Position numbers and translations under genes: made by a program. Positions 50,259 to 63,547 of a stretch of 64,000 bases of DNA are shown here, in pieces; position 1 is the first letter of the stretch, and each line of letters begins with the position of its first letter. The notes below the pieces were generated by a model, which had not been told where the DNA came from, made no database searches, and worked only from the letters and a program-made list of their open reading frames with translations. The DNA lies in the NCBI GenBank assembly GCA_030390025.1, contig CM059432.1:93806001-93870000 (forward strand), in the 5' to 3' direction. The DNA comes from Squalus acanthias. Lineage: Eukaryota.

Positions 50259-53200
50259 AACACAGCGGACCTGAGCGGCGATTTAAAAAAAAGTGACGCG
50301 TCAGGACAGCAGGTAGGTGATTGGTGGGTGAGTAGTACAGTTTTTTGTCTTTAAACTAAGAGCTGGGGAACTATAACTATTACGTTATTAAATATTAACT
50401 TAACTAGATAAACTAAATAATTAATATAACTATAAATAATCGCTTGATTAAAAACTTTAACTCATTAAATAAGCAAATAAATAAAGTCTAGAGATGCCAG
50501 GGCAGGCTATGTGTCAGGACTGTAGTATGTGGGAGTTTGTGGACAGCGAGACCGTCCCGGATTCCCACATCTGCAGGAAACGTCTCTGCCTTCAGTCACT
50601 CTGGCTCAGTGTCATTGAGCTGGAGTGCGAGATAGAGACACTCCAAAACATAAGGAAGGGGAAGGAATTTCTGGACAGTTTTATCCAGAATACAGTCACA
50701 CCCCAGAGGAAAGCACAGTTTCAGGAAAGGGAGGGTGTGACTGTTAGGGAGCTGGGTAGCGGGGATTTAGGAGGTGGAGAAGGAGGTCCCACAGACACTG
50801 GTCCTGTCCAACAGGTACGATGTACTCGCTACCTGTGAGGACAAGGAGAAAGACTGCGAGGAGGACAGCCACAATGCAGACCAAGGCACCTTGGCTCAGA
50901 AGGCTGTCCAAAGAGCGGGTGGGGGCGGGGGTGAGAAAGGAGAGAGCAGAATAGAAATGTGGTAGTGATAGGGGATTCTATAATTAGGGGGATAGATAGC
51001 CTCTTCTGCAGCCAAGAACGAGAATCCCGAAGGATGTGTTGCCAGGGTAAGGGATATCTCGAGGCGGCTGGAGAGGAATTTGGAAAGGGAGGGGGGTAAA
51101 TCCAGTTGTCGTGTTCTATGTCGGAACAAATGACTTGGGTAGGAACAGGGAGGAGGTCCTGCTGAAGGAGTATCAGGAGTGAAATTAAAAAGCAGGACCT
51201 CGAGGGTAATAATCTCTGGATTATTGCCCGAGCCACATGCAAATTGGCATAGAAACAGTCAGATCAGGAGAATTAACACATGGCTAAAGGGCTGGTGTGG
51301 GAAGAGAGGTTCCTTTTCATGGAACACTGGCACCAGTACTGGGACAGGAAGAAGCTGTACCGATGGGACAGGCTCCACCTGAACCGGGATGGGACCCAGT
51401 GTCCAAGCGGAAAGGGTAAATAGGGAGGAGGCAAAGGCTTTAAACTAGTAAGACGGGGGAGGGATCTAAAAGAAATGAAACCAGCCTAAATATAAACAAA
51501 ACAGGAAAGGAGAGCATAGGAAAGAGTAAATTAAGGGAGGGCATTGATGGCCAGGGAATAAATAGAGATACAGAACAGAAATTTAAAAAGACAGTTAAAA
51601 ATAAAGAGAGGGGAACTGCTATTAAAAATGAGTTAATCTGTCTGTACAACAATGCACAGTGTCCGTAATAAAACAGGGGAGCTGGAGGCAATCATGTGTT
51701 GTGAGCAACCAGACATAGTAGGGATTACTGAGACATGGCTACAGAAAAATCAGGACTGGGAATTAAACAATGCAGGGTATAACATATCTAGAAAAGATAG
51801 AGAGGGGAAAAGGGGAGGTGGAGTAGCTGTACTTATTAGGGATAACATAATGGCCGTAGAAAAAGTAACACAGCTATCAGCAAGACAGAAATAGAATCCA
51901 TGTGGATAGAGATCAAAGATAATAAAGGATTAATCACACTAATAGGGGTAGTCTACAGACCACCTAATAGAGGGAGGTGGAGGAAGAAATATGCAGACAA
52001 ATTAGGGAAATTAGTAAAAAAAATAGAAAAATAATCAAGGGGGATTTCAATTACTCATATATTAATTGGACAGAAGAGGGAGGTAAAGGGGATAAGGGAA
52101 TGGAGTTCCTACAATGTCTACAGGTCTCCTTTCTAACCCAATATGTAAAAAGCCCAACAAGGAGGATTCACTATTGGATCTAGTAATGGGGAATGAACCA
52201 GAGCAGATAAGAGAAGTAAAAGTAGGGGAACATCTGGGCAATAATGACCATAATATAATACGCTTGAAGATAATATTTGAGAATGGCATAGGTATGACAA
52301 AGACCAGAGTAATAGATTGGAGAAAAGCTGATTTTGAGGGGCTGAGAATAGAACTTGGGAAAATAAAATGGACAACAGTATTGGCAAACAATGATGTAGA
52401 ACAGCAATGGGAAACATTTAAAAAGGTGTTCAACAGAGTCCAGGAAAAATACATTCCGCTAATAAACAAGAACAAGCTAAACACTAATGAGACACCGTGG
52501 CTGAATAAAGCCATAAGGGAAAAATTGAGGGTAAGGAAAGAGGCATACATTAAGTACATGGACAGCAGGGGAGAGCATGATAAGGGAGAATATGAAGGGA
52601 TTAGGAGAGAAGTCAAAAAAAACAATTAGGAAGGCAAAGAGGAACTATGAAATTAAATTATCAAGGAACATAAAACAAAATAGTAAAATAGTTTACAGGC
52701 ACATCAATAAAAAAAAGGTTGGGATGGGAATAGGGCCACTGAGGGATAGCAGGCAGCAATAGAGAGATGACAGAGATATTAAATAATTACTTTGCTTCAG
52801 TTTTTACCAGGGAGATAAAACAGGTGCAGTTGACATCAGATGATGAGATTAGTAATGAGTTAACTGCATTTAAAATAAAATGAGGAGATATACTAAATAA
52901 ACTAATGAAATTCGAAGAGGATAAAACTCCTGGTCTGGACGGATTACATCCGCGCATTTTAAAAGAATCTAGGGAAGAAATAGCAGAGGCATTACTACAC
53001 ATATTTAGTAATTAGTTAGAAAAAGGTGTAGTTCCAGAGGACTGGTGGATAGCTAATGTAATACCTCTATATAAGAAGGGAGCTAGAACATGTCCAGGGA
53101 ACTATAGGCCAGTCAGCTTAACATCGGTGGTAGGAAAAATAATGGAAACACTACTAAAGGAGACAATAGAAGAGCATCTAGAAACGAAAAATATAATAAA

Positions 53201-54494
53201 TAGTCAGCATGGATTTCAAAAGGGAAAGTCTTACTTGACCAACCTCACTGAATTTTCTGAAGAGGTAACAGAGAGAGTAGACAAGAGTAATGCAGATGTA
53301 ATTTATCTAAATTTTCAAAAGGCCTTCGATAAGGTAACACATAATAGACTAATGAATAAGGTCAGGGAATGTGGAGTCAGGGGACAAGTAACAGAATGGA
53401 TAGCTCGCTGGCTTCAAGCCAGAAAGCAGAGAGTAGGGGTAAAGGGTAGCTATTCAGAGTGGCAAAAGGTGAGATGTGGTGTTCCACAAGGATCAGTGCT
53501 GGGACCACTGTTGTTCACAATTTACATTAACGATTTAGACTTTGGAATCAAAAACACAATTTCTAAATTTCCGGATGACACCAAATTGGGGAGGAGAGCC
53601 AATACTGAGGATGACTGCAACAAATTACAAGACATTAATAAACTTGCAGAATGGGCATATAACTGCCAAATGAAATTCAACACAGATAAATTTGAGTTAT
53701 TACATTTTGGTAAGAAAAATAGGGAGGTCACATATTACTCCGAAAATAAGAATCTAAATGGGGTAGAGGAACAAAAGGGATCTAGGAGTACAAATACACA
53801 AATCACAAAGTATCGACACAGATTAACAAGGCTATAAAAAAAGCAAAGCAAGCACTAGGGTTTATTTCTAGAGGGATAGAATTGAAAAGTAGTGGTGAAG
53901 TCATGCTAAACTTGTATCGAACCTTGGTTAGAGCACACTTGGAGTACTGTGTGCAATTCTGGTCACCATATATAAAAAGGATATACAGGCACTGGAGAGG
54001 GTGCAGAGAAGATTTACAAGGATGACACCAGAAATGTGAGGGTACACCTATCAGGAAAGGATGAACAGGCTGGGTCGCTTTTCTCTTGAAAAGAGAAGGC
54101 TGAGGGGGTGACCTAATAGAGGTCTTTAAAATCATGGAAGGTTTTGATGGAGTAGACACAGAGAGTGTTTCCACTTGTGGGGAAGAGCAAAACTAGAGGC
54201 TATCAATATAAGATAGTCACCAAAAAGTCAAATAGGGAATTCAGAAGAAACTTCTTTACCTTGAGAGTGGTGAGAATGTGGAACTCGCTACCACAGGGAG
54301 TGGTTGAAGCAAATAGTATAGGTGCATTTAAGGGGCGGTTAGATAAGCATATGAGGGAGAAGGGAATAGAGGGTTGTGCTGATAGATTTAGATGAGGAAA
54401 GACGGGAGGAGGCTCGAGTGGAGCATAAACACCAGCATAGATTGGTTGGGCTGAATGGTCTGTTTCTGTGCCGTATATCCTATGTAATCCTGTG
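50163..54494 (+). mobile_element. Near full-length CR1 LINE, inactivated: 5' UTR monomers, ORF1 (Zn-finger + SGNH esterase), ORF2 (EN-RT), 3' UTR
   Basis: ORF1 CQDCSMWE..HICRK and VVVIGDSIIRG; ORF2 [49 protein letters not shown]; many frameshifts and stops. Confidence 0.95.
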
Positions 54495-55456
54495 CAAAAA
54501 TGTTAGAGAGAGCAAAACAAAAATTGGGGCTCTCACATGGGGGAAAGGCAAATCTGAAATAAAGATGAAAAAACTTTTTAAAAAACATTTACATTTTTTA
54601 ATTTTTTATTAAAATGGATAAATTTGACACTGCACAAAATTAAAATTAGTTTTTCAGGCCCATAACCTTTGTTTAACAGTCAAGACGCTATTAAAACCCC
54701 AGTTACACCTAATCCCTTTGGGGCCAACTGTTAGTGGGGAATTGAACAGCGGTATTACTGCAGAAGAGCTGAAGTTTTTGTCAGTTTCCCTGATGAGAGA
54801 GATTTCACTGATTCCCAGCTCTGTGGGGTGGGGGTGGGGGCACTCAGCGCAGCCTGTGGAGAAGCAGTGAATGACAGACCGCAACTTCAGGATTTCTGCA
54901 TTAGACTGCGCATGCGCTAAATCCTGAAGTCGCGGTCAGTTTCAAAGGTGAAATGACGGCGAACGCTGCTAATTCTCCGTCATAGGGACCGCAAATTCCG
55001 GGCCATTGTTTTTACCATTAATTGTGGGATAGTGGCGGGGAAGTTAATCACAGTTAATGAGCTTTTATGGGGCCTGTTACTTCTCCAATGGACCAGCAAA
55101 ATAGACATTTGCTGATGCCATTTATTACTGTCTATGTCAATACATTTGATATGTTATCTGACTGATCACAAGCAGTGTTTATCTTTTTTTCTCTCTCTCC
55201 TTGATCAGCCCTGATATTTGCTATTATGTTACAGTTGAATTGAGAACTAGAAAAGAATTCATACCAACTAGAATAAAGCAGATGCCTCTACAATCTGTTC
55301 CCAGTATCATTGGTTGTTTGGTTCAGCGCCATTATTGAGAAGGGCTTTTTTTTTTTAAAAGAACATTTTCCAGCAGAAAATCAACTTGTCAATTCAAGTA
55401 GACACAGATGTGTTCTGGAATTACAACCCACTCAGCTCACATGTTAAAAGTAATAC

Positions 55457-55544
55457 CTTAGCATGATGCAGATCCACTCCATACATCGACAGCTTTTTGG
55501 CATTCTCCAAAAAATGCATTTCTGCTTCAGCAGGTGTCATACCC
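55457..55544 (-). CDS. EPB41L3: EPB41L3 exon, FERM ([29 protein letters not shown])
   Basis: ttttag|G acceptor, AAG|gtatta donor, 88 bp, phase 2-0; too short for the ORF track, read directly. Confidence 0.96.
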
Positions 55545-56377
55545 CTAAAATGTAGACGCAAAAGCCAGATTTTAATTCGGCTCATATCCCAACTTCAACA
55601 TTTTGAAAGCTTTCAAAAATCCATCTGAAAACAAGCCAAATCCTCTCAAACATTGTTAGTTTACTCTGTGTAAAAATGCACGACAGTATAAGTCTTCCTC
55701 TGCAGTAATCAGTTTACATATCTTGAAGATAAAAGACTCATACAAAATGGATACATTCATTCTTAAAAAAATGTAGCAGTTTTGTTAATAAATTATTCCC
55801 AATCGAGAGACTACCCTGCATCCTGAAGGCCAGGCAAGTGGGCCACATGTTTCCTAATACAAACATCACCTCATGGTTTAGCTGGTAGCAGATGCAACTC
55901 TCAAGTGAGATGCACTGAGCACACTGGCTCATGACTACAAAATGGAAAAATTCTAAAGGCCTCACTGAGAAATGAAACGCATCACACAAATAGGCGAAGA
56001 ATCAGTCCCTGCCGAATTTAACCCAGCAAGTATGATACTGCAAAGCAGGCAGCCAATGAGCTGTTAAGTGGCTATGGCGTTTATAGTCTCAAGCACTGAA
56101 TATTGCACTCCCCTCAGAGAGAAGTTTAAAGTCTCTTAATTGAGAATTATTTAATGATAAAACAGAAATACCAATGAAAAAAAACAAATTCACGAACTGC
56201 CACTAGATAGTGATACTTATTCTTTTATGTACATTTTCTAAAGCCTCAAGACATTGCAAACACAAATTTTATTTTTTCATGTTGTGATCACATTTCTTGT
56301 TATGCCATATTTAGTAATATTTTCAAAATCAGTCAAGCCTATGTACTGGTCGCTTAAAAAAAGTAATTGGTGGAAGG

Positions 56378-56632
56378 ATTAGAGGGGAGTTGAGGAGAAC
56401 TTCTTTCACCCAGAGGGTGATGGGGATATGAAACTCTCTGCCTGAAAGGGTGGCAGAGGCAGAAACCCCATTTAAAAAGTACTTGGATATGTACTTGAAG
56501 AGCTGTAACCTACAAGGCTATGGACAAAGAGCTGGAAAGTGGGCTTAGGCTGGATAGCTCTTTTTCGGCCGGCACAGACACGATGGGTCGAATGGCTTCC
56601 TTCTGAGCCGTAAATTTTTATGATTTTATGAT
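56378..56632 (+). mobile_element. CR1 3' end fragment followed by (CA/TA)-rich low complexity to ~56710
   Basis: gaggagaacttctttcacccagagggtg...gatgggtcgaatggcttccttctgagccgtaaatttttatgattttatga. Confidence 0.8.
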
Positions 56633-57199
56633 ATATGCATATGCAGACACATATACACACATGTATGCGCAGACATACACATATACGCACACACACACAC
56701 ACATATCTCACACAGAGGTTCCTATACTTCTTTGAGCCCAATAACAGCAGTGAGCCATTTGTAAAGCAACTGCTCTACATCATAGTGTCTTGCAGCAGTG
56801 GGGCTTAGAGACAAGTTTTCCATGGGGAGCACTGTGTAAATTGTATGTGGTTGCTGCTGCCATCTGCTTTCTGACAGCATGGCTGGTCCAGTAAGTCAGC
56901 ACCATGGATGATAAAACCAACATCCTCACTGCCATGGCACTGTGTGTTAATGCTCCACTGTGCCACTTCCAAAGGATATAGTGTTATTTTGATGTCTATC
57001 CTCCCAAAACTGCACTGTTGTGGTCCTCGTGTACAGGAAAAAGTCTGAGCATTTTACAATAAGGAGGAATGGTTACAATGGATGCTGAGCATGAGGAAAA
57101 GGAAGAGAAGTGGAGGGACTAGGATAGAGAACCAAAGGCACAGTCAAAGGGGAAAGTTTTGATAGCAGCAAGCTAGGTGGCAAGGTTGATTTGGCTATG

Positions 57200-57328
57200 A
57201 TAAATTGACCCTTAGTGTTAGGGGGGATTAAATACGTGGGGTTACGGGATAGGGTGGGATCTGTCGGTGCAGGCTCGATGGACCGAAATGGCCTCTATCT
57301 GCACTGTGGGGATTCTGTGATTCTGTGA
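57200..57328 (+). mobile_element. SINE 3' part with CR1-derived tail (HE1/V-SINE-like)
   Basis: taaattgacccttagtgt...gcaggctcgatggaccgaaatggcctc..gcactgtggggattctgtgattctgtga. Confidence 0.55.
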
Positions 57329-57449
57329 AGGTCATGACCAGTGGGTAGACAATTCCAGAGAACAGCCATCAACTGTGAAGCAGACAGAACAAGGGCTGAG
57401 CAGAAGTTCAGTGTTAAGAGGAGCAGAGGAGGGGGCAGGGACATTGGAC

Positions 57450-59140
57450 AACACTTTGTATTTATATAGTGCTTTGAAGTACAAAACTGCAAGACAGTTT
57501 ACTGAGGAGTAGCAAGAGGAATGGAACACTGAGCCAGGAAGATAGCTTGGAGGGGTCACTGAAGGCTTGGCTGAAAGGTTGGGTGTTAAGAAGGTTGTTA
57601 AAGGACAAAGTAGAGAGGTGGAGGTTTTTTTATACTCATTCTCAGGATGTGGGCATTGCTGGCAAAGCATGCATTTATTATCTATCCCTAGTTGCCCAAA
57701 TTGAGTGGTTAACTCAAGTCACTTCAGCATAAATCACACTGGTACAGGATTTCAGTCAACATATAAGCCAGAGCAGGTAAGGAAAGCAGCTTTCCTTCAC
57801 TTAAAAGGTCATTAGTGAACCAGGTGCATTTTTATGAGAATCCAACAACTTCATAGTCACGTTTATTGTTAACAGCTTTTTATTTCCAGATTTATTTTTT
57901 TTTATAAATGGAATTCACATTCTCAAATTGCCATGGTAGCATTTGAACTAGTGTTCCCTGGATTATTAGTTCTGGGCCTCAGGGTTTTTAGTCCAGTAGC
58001 ATAATCACTACAGTACCCCTATGAGAGATTTCCAGAGAGCACAGCCTAAGAGGTCAGAGCCAGAAGACCAATGGCCACATGGGAGAGGGACGTCTTGAGG
58101 AGGTTGCGTAGATAAGAGTGGAGCAAGGCCACAGAGGGACTTGAATACAAAGATGGAAATTTCATATTTAATATGCTGGGGTCAGGAAGTCAGTTAATGT
58201 CCGAAAGACCAGGAGTGATGGATGAGCAGGACTTGGGTGTGCGTGATAAGATATAGGCAGCTGCACTTTATGAAAGTTGTAGTGTGGTTGAAGGAAGACT
58301 AAGGAGAGCATTGGAATAATTGATTCAAGAGGTGCCAAAACCCTGGATAAGAGTTTCAGCAACACTGGGACTGAAGTGGGTGATATTGTGGAGATAGAAA
58401 GAAACAGTTTTGGTATTGGAGGACACAGGGCTTGAAGATCAGCTCAGGGTTTACAGGATGCCAAGATTTCACACAATCTTGCTCAGCCTGAGTAATGGCA
58501 GGTAAGGGGTGCGGAGTTTGTCATTGGCATTGCAGTCGATGGCTTTGGCGTTGCCAATGCTCAGTCAAAGGAAGTTGTGACTCATCCATGAAGTGATGTG
58601 ATGTCAAACTGCCTGTCAGACATGTGTTCATGGGGTCAAGGAAAGTAATGCTGAGGTAGTATGAAGCTGATACCATGCCTGCCAATGACAGACAGCATAT
58701 AGATGAGGAAAGGTAGGAAGGCAAGTATAGGCCCTTGTGGGGAAGAGAAGCCATTGATGGAGATGCGTTGGCTGCATCGTTAGGTAGAAATGGAACCAGT
58801 CAAGGGCAGACCCATGAAGCTGAACAATAAAGGAGAGGCAGTGGAGGACGACAGCATGATTAACTGTGCCAAATGATGCAAAAAGATCAGAGGGCAGAGA
58901 TGATAATGACCACGATTACACTCACAGATGATCCCATTGTGACTGGAAGAATTTTAAGAAGGAATTTCAGGAGAGATGAGCATAGGACTGGGAGAACATC
59001 AGTGATGAAAGGGAGGTTAAAGATGGGTTGTTATTTGCAGAGGATGGATGGCTCAAAGTTTGGCTTTTTGAGGAAGAAGGTGATGACGGAAGTTTTGAAG
59101 GGCACGAAACAGTGGCTGAGCAAAGGAACATGTAAAGAGA
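57450..59140 (-). mobile_element. Old L2-like LINE with a nested tRNA-derived SINE at ~57625-58018
   Basis: Reverse L2 tail (caacactttgtatttatatagtgcttt) and G-rich L2 remnants; SINE bounded by a poly-T and a tRNA-like box. Confidence 0.6.
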
Positions 59141-59536
59141 GACATTTGATACGTTCACGAAAATTTACAAAAAGTACTTCGCGATGCAGCAAAATTCATC
59201 TTACGCAGACCTCATGCAGTACACCCAACTCATATTCGTCTTGCTGTGTAGAGATCCAATGTTGTTGAAAGTTAACATTTCAAAGCAACATTTCGTACTT
59301 CGCTGACTTCCTGGACAGTTAGGATTTACTATCAGTAGCACATTACTTGATTTGTCTTTTACAATCAACATCTTTATTAACCCATTAGCTCTAACTAAAC
59401 CCAAGTATACACAGAAAGCTTGTGGATTTTGAATTTGTGGACCTGCCTATAAATGACTCATATATCAATGAAAAACAATTTGTTCAGCATTAAAACAGCA
59501 AATTAGACGCTTTATTATATATGCTATTGCACGTAC

Positions 59537-59755
59537 TTGTGGCTTTTGTGTAGTTCTATCACCTTTTCTTCCAGTTCCTTAGTTTCATTCGGAGCAAAAC
59601 GAAACTCACTGATGTAGTCAGTGCCATACTCATCTGGGTCATAGTCCCCAAGTTCTGCCTGGACAGTGTAGGAACCAAGCAAGACATGTGTGGCAAAAGA
59701 ACATGGCAATCGTCCAGAGACAATATCATCCCTCAGCTGCAGACACAAGTAATAC
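59537..59755 (-). CDS. EPB41L3: EPB41L3 exon, FERM central lobe ([20 protein letters not shown]...IELHKSH)
   Basis: tttag|G acceptor, AA|gtacgt donor, 219 bp, phase 2-2; canonical FERM-M peptide. Confidence 0.96.
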
Positions 59756-62700
59756 CTAAATGGAAACAAACACATCGAAGCTTGAGATCTTTCAAAACCA
59801 CAGCACTTTTGGATACAATTTAAAACTGTGAACGCTTCCAAGAGTTAAGAAGTCACACCCAAGATTTTTTATAGGACTTGTACTTGAAAACACACACTCC
59901 TGGCCCAAGTTGCACTTGATAGAACTATCCCAGGATATACCATATTCAAGATTTGATTTTTTAATCGCTATAGTCCAAAAAAGAGAATAGTGATGTGCTA
60001 GTTATGATTTAAATACATGTCACTGTATCCAATTATTTTTGAACTGCCGTAACATAGACAGAGAACAAAAGAAAATCAGGGGAATCCCATTCTAGCAACT
60101 TTTTTTAAGCAGTAAATTAAAGCTATAAAAGCTGTACTTCTACGAGTATTTCCCAGTGGCTAAAAGACATTCTGTGCATTCAGTGGAGTAGTGCTGAGAA
60201 TAATGAAATCCAAAGAGTGAGCACTGAAACATCGCACCACCTTGCCCGAGAAACTATTTTAAAATAGTGACTTTGAGCAGGCCAGCCGTCACAAATTAAA
60301 AAAAAAAAATACTTTGCTTCAAAATAAGTTTATAAGAACAATTGCTACATACTTGAGAATATGGCTATAATGTCATATCTTGAGTAATTCTTTAAAAAGA
60401 TTAAAAAGGTAATCTGAAGGCACAAAATTAGAGAGCCCCAGAAAGTATATAATTAATGGACTCTCTAATCAGCTTTTTTTTTAGCTGTAATTTTATAAAT
60501 TAGAATGCATTTATGATCACTCCAAGCTACCATTTAAAATTTAATGAAACTATTGACCAATTCACTAGTCCCACACACCAGAATCTACAGGCAGGTCTCA
60601 ATTTGTCAAAAGATGTGCAGGCTTTGATTTACATGGAACATTGTCACATAGTTCTGCAGCATGCTCCACACTGATCTGCATTCACATTCATCCACAGGCA
60701 CTGTCAATGGATGTCAAGGTCAGAGCGGCCCTAAATTTTTATGCTTTGGGTTCATTACAATATACCACTCGGTACATCAACATTAGTCAAACAGATTGTT
60801 CGAATATGTATAAAGCAAGTGAGTGATGCACTCTTTGCTCAAGCAAGTAATTTCATCTCCTTCTCCATGGACATCCAACAGCAGCAGGAGGAGGAGGCTG
60901 TGCAGTTTTACAGAGTAGGAGGATTTCATAGATTGGACCCACATGGCAATATGTGCTCCCTTGAACAATACCACTTACCTGCATGAATAGCAAAGAGCTC
61001 CACCCTCAGAATGGAGTCTGAGAGTTTCCTCAAACATACGTTGCAGGAGGTGGTAACCCCACAGCTACAGAAGGTGAGGGAATGGGTGACCACCAGACAG
61101 GGTAGGAGGAAGACAGTTAGTGCAGGAATCCCCCAAGCAAATGGCACTCGCTAACCAGTTTTCAGTTTAGAATACCAGGGAGGCTAACAACTCCTTGGAA
61201 GAATGCAGTAAGAATAAAATCCCGGCACCACGAGAGATTTGACTGCACACAGGAAAAAAAAAGTAGAAATGCAGTAGTCATAGGGGTTTGATAGTTAGAG
61301 GCATAGACAAGTGTTTCTGTAACTGCAAACATGACTCCCGAATGGTATGTTGGCTCCCTGGTGCCAGGGTAAAGGATATCATCGAGTGGGTGATTTCTGA
61401 GGGTGGAGCACTTTGCTATTCATGCAGGGGAAGGGGAACAGCCAGAAGTCGTCGTCCATGTTGGAACCAATGACACAGGTAGAAAAAACGTTGAGGTCCT
61501 TCAAGCAGAGTTTCAGGAACTAGGAAAAGATGAAAAAAAACAGGACCTTAAAAAAGTAGTGATCTCAGGATTGTGACCGGTTCTGGGGCAAGGGGCACCT
61601 GTACAAGATGGATGGGTTGCACTTGAACAAAGCCGGGACCAATGTTCTCATTGAGAGGTTAACTAGTACTTTTGGAGAGGGTTTAAACTAATTTGGCAGG
61701 GGGAGGGGGAACCAGAAAGGAGCAGAAATGAGATCAGAGGACAGAAAGATACAATCTGCCGTAAAATTAGAAATATTCCAAAATTTGTAGGGACCAGATT
61801 GAGGAAAATAGCAAAAGTGACGAAGGAGGTATTAAATTGTATGTACATTAATGTCTGTAGTATAACTAGTAAGATTGGTAAGCTGCATGCACAAGTTGCT
61901 ACGTGGGATTATGACGTGTTTGCATTAACAGAGACATGGCTCAAACAAGGCCAGGAATGGATTCTTAATATTCCTGGTTACCAAGTATTCAGGAATGATA
62001 GAGAAGGAAAAATTGGAGGGGGCAAAGCATGATTAAGGATGATGTTCCAGTTTTAAATTGAAAGGATATACTAGATGGTTCTAGGAATGAATCTGTTTAG
62101 CTTGAGTTGAGGAACAGAGGGGGAAAAAACATAGTGCTAAGGGTAGGGAAGGAGAGGAATTTCTGATATGTGCACAGGAGAACTTTCTCGATCAATGTAT
62201 CTCCAGTCCAACAAGGAAGGAAGCAGTGTTGGATCTGTTTCTGGGAAATGAAGTAGGGCAAGTGGAGTGTGTTACAGTAGGAGATCATCTAGCTAACAGT
62301 GACCACAACATACTTCGGTTTAAAATAATTATGGAAAGAAACCAGAAAATATTCATAGCAAAAATGCTCAACTGGGGAAGAGCTAATTTCAGTGATTTAA
62401 GAAGGGACCTAGCACAGGTAGATTGGAAAAGGCGATTGCAGGGTAAAGCAGTAACGGAGCAATGGAGGGCATTCAGGGAAGAGATAGTTCAAGTACAAAC
62501 TAGGCATATTCCTTTGAAGGGAAAAGGTAGAGCATCCAAAGCTAATGCACCCTGGATGACAAAGGAAACAAAAGTTAAAATGAAACAGAAAAAGGAGGCT
62601 TATGACGAATGTCAGGAGCAAGATTCAGTTAATAACAAGGAAGATCGTGGAAAGTACAGGAGGGATTTTAAAAGTTAATACGGGAGGAAGAGGGGTTACG

Positions 62701-63260
62701 AGAAAAGATTAGCAGGCAATATTAAATTGAACCCTAAAACATTTTATAAACATATGAAGCGTAAGCGGTTAGCTATGGAAAAAGTTGGGCCTATTAAGGA
62801 CCCAAAGGGAACTCTTCATGTAGAGGCAGAGGACATGACTAAAGTATTAAATGAGTACTTTGCATCTGTCTTCACAAAGGAAGTGGATGATGTGAAGGTC
62901 ACACTAAAAGAGGAGAGGGAAGTTATGGACAGCATCGTAATAGATAGAGAAGCTGTACTAAAAAGATTAGCATTACTGAAAGTTGGTAAGTCAGTTGGTC
63001 CAGACGGAATGCATCCTAGGTCGCTGAAAGAAGCAAAGGCAGAAATAGCAGAAGCATTGGTCACAATCTTTCAATCCTCATTGGATACCGGAGTAATGCC
63101 GGAGGGTTGCGAATGTTATACCACTATTCAAGAAATGGGAGGGGGATGAACCAGGAAACTACAGGCCAGTCAGCCTAACTTCGGTGGAGGGAAGTTATTG
63201 GAAACCATTATCGGGGACAAAATAAACTTTCAATCGGAAAGGCATGGGTTAATCAAGGAA

Positions 63261-63547
63261 AAAATTGAGAGGTCGCACAACACCAGGTTATAGTCCAACA
63301 GTTTTATTTGAAATCACAAGCTTTCGGAGCTATCGATTGCTCCTTCCTCAGGTGAAGTAAATTAGATACAGAATCGCCAAAGCATATATATTTGGCGATT
63401 CTGTATCTAATTTACTTCACCTGAGGAAGGAGCAATCGATAGCTCCGAAAGCTTGTGATTTCAAATAAAACTGTTGGACTATAACCTGGTGTTGTGCGAC
63501 CTCTCAATTTTGTCCACCCCAGTCCAACACCGGCATCTCCGCATCAT
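63261..63547. mobile_element. Palindromic Penelope-like insertion: two inverted pLTR copies + 36-nt tail, with TSD
   Basis: Perfect inverted arms 63261-63381 and 63391-63511; tail 63512-63547; duplication taatcaaggaaa at 63250-63261 and 63547-63558; host CR1 frame (HGLIKE|SQHEFVKGKSC) restored on removal. Confidence 0.9.
63417..63458 (+). ncRNA. Minimal hammerhead ribozyme motif; mirror copy on the minus strand at 63314-63355
   Basis: TCAC-CTGAGGA-a-GGAGC-AATCGATA-GCTCC-GAAA-GC-TT-GTGA. Confidence 0.75.

Larger units (their letters stand above)
49990..55005. mobile_element. MITE split by a CR1 insertion (arms 49990-50162 and 54495-55005)
   Basis: TIRs tggtccagaatttgcagtc / gaccgcaaattccgggcca. 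Confidence 0.65.
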
